Shown here piece after piece: positions 62,581-64,000 of a DNA stretch of 64,000 nt. Under the pieces are notes generated by a model. The model worked only from the letters and a program-made list of their open reading frames with translations. It had not been told where the DNA came from and searched no databases. The stretch lies in contig JAQGDQ010000343.1 in assembly GCA_030141605.1 (NCBI GenBank), positions 189,122 through 253,121 on the forward strand, given 5' to 3'. The position numbers and the translations under genes are program-made. This DNA is from Tubiluchus corallicola (Eukaryota; Animalia; Priapulida). How positions within the stretch are numbered: position 1 is the first letter of the stretch; each line of letters starts with the position of its first letter.

Positions 62581-64000
62581 AGTACGAACTTTTAGATAAA
62601 TTCAATTAGTTTTGCCACTTTGGAGAATGTATGCTATCAGATTAGATTAGATTACATCAGAATAGTGTAGAGTAGATTAGAGTAGAAAAAGCAGAGTGGT
62701 ATGGATTAGATTAGATTAGTGTAGAGTGGAGTAGAATAGATTAGATTAGATAAATTAGGTTAAATTAAATTAGATTAGATTAGGTTAAATTATATTAGAT
62801 TAGATTAGGTTAAATTAGTTTATATTAGATTAGATTAGATTTTTCCTCGCGTGTGCAACTCGATAAGTGCCGTTCATCCAGCTTTGCCGCACGCGGAATT
62901 TTATATTATTAAATTTCTGTTGCATACAAACTGATCCTGCTCCAGTGTGCGCGCTCAAAGCAACGATTTCTATCATACGAGATCATATCGGAATAATAAA
63001 AACCAAACGCCTTTGTCACGTGTCAGTCTAGCACACGTTTGCTGTTGATTAACCGTACAAAAGTTGGTTCATATAAAACTTGCCTCGTGTGCACAAATTT
63101 TGTGTGATCGGTTTGCCGTGTGGCGGCCCCACGTTAGCAATTCATGAAGGTGTTACTTGGGATATGGTGCACTTACAACTTACTTTTGTCTTTAAAGGAA
63201 AACCGGATGACTGTTTAGCGTCAAACTCATATTAACTACAGTCCAATATATACATTTTCTTGCCTATGAAAATTAGCAATTGTTTCTAATATTTAAATGA
63301 TTAGCTTAGAAAGTTAATTAACGGCAACCGAACACAGCTATTGCTTACGTCAGAAACTAACCACAGTTTGCGCAATGGCAGGCGTCTTCCCTTGCGCATC
63401 ACGCACGTTTGCGTAAGTGTTACTGTTTAAACGCATGATGTCACCAAAGTGGGCTCTACGCCATATGACGTCAGAAGCTAACACAGCAGTTCATGATCAT
63501 GGTTATCAAGGTACCGCCTTCTATACGTCGGCCATGCGCACGTTACAAAAAGGCGCTGCTGCCCATCTTAGTAGATTCACTAAGCTGCGCATAGCTTTGA
63601 AAGTTTATGCTTTTGTTATTGCTTACGTCAGAAACTAGCCATCATGCAGTAGCTCAGTAGTGCTCGCAGCTGCCGCTAGTTTGCTGTGGACGAATGCTGC
63701 TTTTGTTATTAGTTAATTATTTAGTGGCCAGACTCCAACCCTCCACACAAACGTTGGACTAACTGCGCTAATTATTAATCGGTCATTAACGTGACAGGAA
63801 AGCGAGAAGGCAGTCGAGCAGCTTGAGAGGCAGAAGCAGCAGCAAGAGAAGAGGCAGCAAGCGAAATCGGAGAAGCGTTCCACGAAGCGACACGACGTGA
63901 AAGAGCAGAAGAAACGCAAGGTAGGCGGAGCCAAAGTGAGTTTTCAGATTTGTCTTATTTAGTCATTGTAGTTAGTGTTGGATAACACAACTAGGTGTTT
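62581..64000 (+). repeat. Inverted duplicate of 58814-60239
   Basis: 62581 AGTACGAACTTTTAG.. is the reverse complement of the sequence ending at the gap edge 60239, and the match continues to the window end. Confidence 0.95.
63798..63920 (+). CDS. SART3: Duplicate, inverted copy of the SART3 exon at 58894-59016
   Basis: Reverse complement of 58894-59016 with the same splice sites. Confidence 0.85.

Overview
AT-rich, intron-rich animal genomic DNA, not prokaryotic. The 5S rRNA copy resembles the mollusc/annelid-type sequence, so a lophotrochozoan host is inferred. Two housekeeping genes converge tail-to-tail at about 42 kb: the 3' half of SMPD4 (neutral sphingomyelinase 3; + strand, six exons, 1288-40999) and the 3' half of SART3/Prp24 (- strand, seven exons, 59016-42560). 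One SMPD4 intron is 32.7 kb long (1452-34139) and holds two unusual passengers. The first is a ~10.5 kb tandem array of decayed ankyrin plus cGAS-like (Mab-21/cGLR) nucleotidyltransferase genes (5.0-15.5 kb). The second is an intact six-exon antisense piggyBac-transposase-derived gene (33226-23803, ~634 aa) that has lost two of its three catalytic Asp residues and uses a GC-AG intron, so it is probably domesticated. A SART3 intron holds an intact SGNH-hydrolase exon with its own poly(A) signal that is in splice phase with the preceding SART3 exon. Another SART3 intron holds a 5S-rRNA-headed SINE-like insert. The remainder is MITEs (Kolobok-like, Sola-like, hAT, Tc1/pogo, Helentron-like) and about ten tandem-repeat arrays. 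Beyond the N gap (60240-60890) lies an inverted second copy of part of SART3, probably a mis-oriented haplotig. All protein identifications come from motif recognition by eye; no searches were run.
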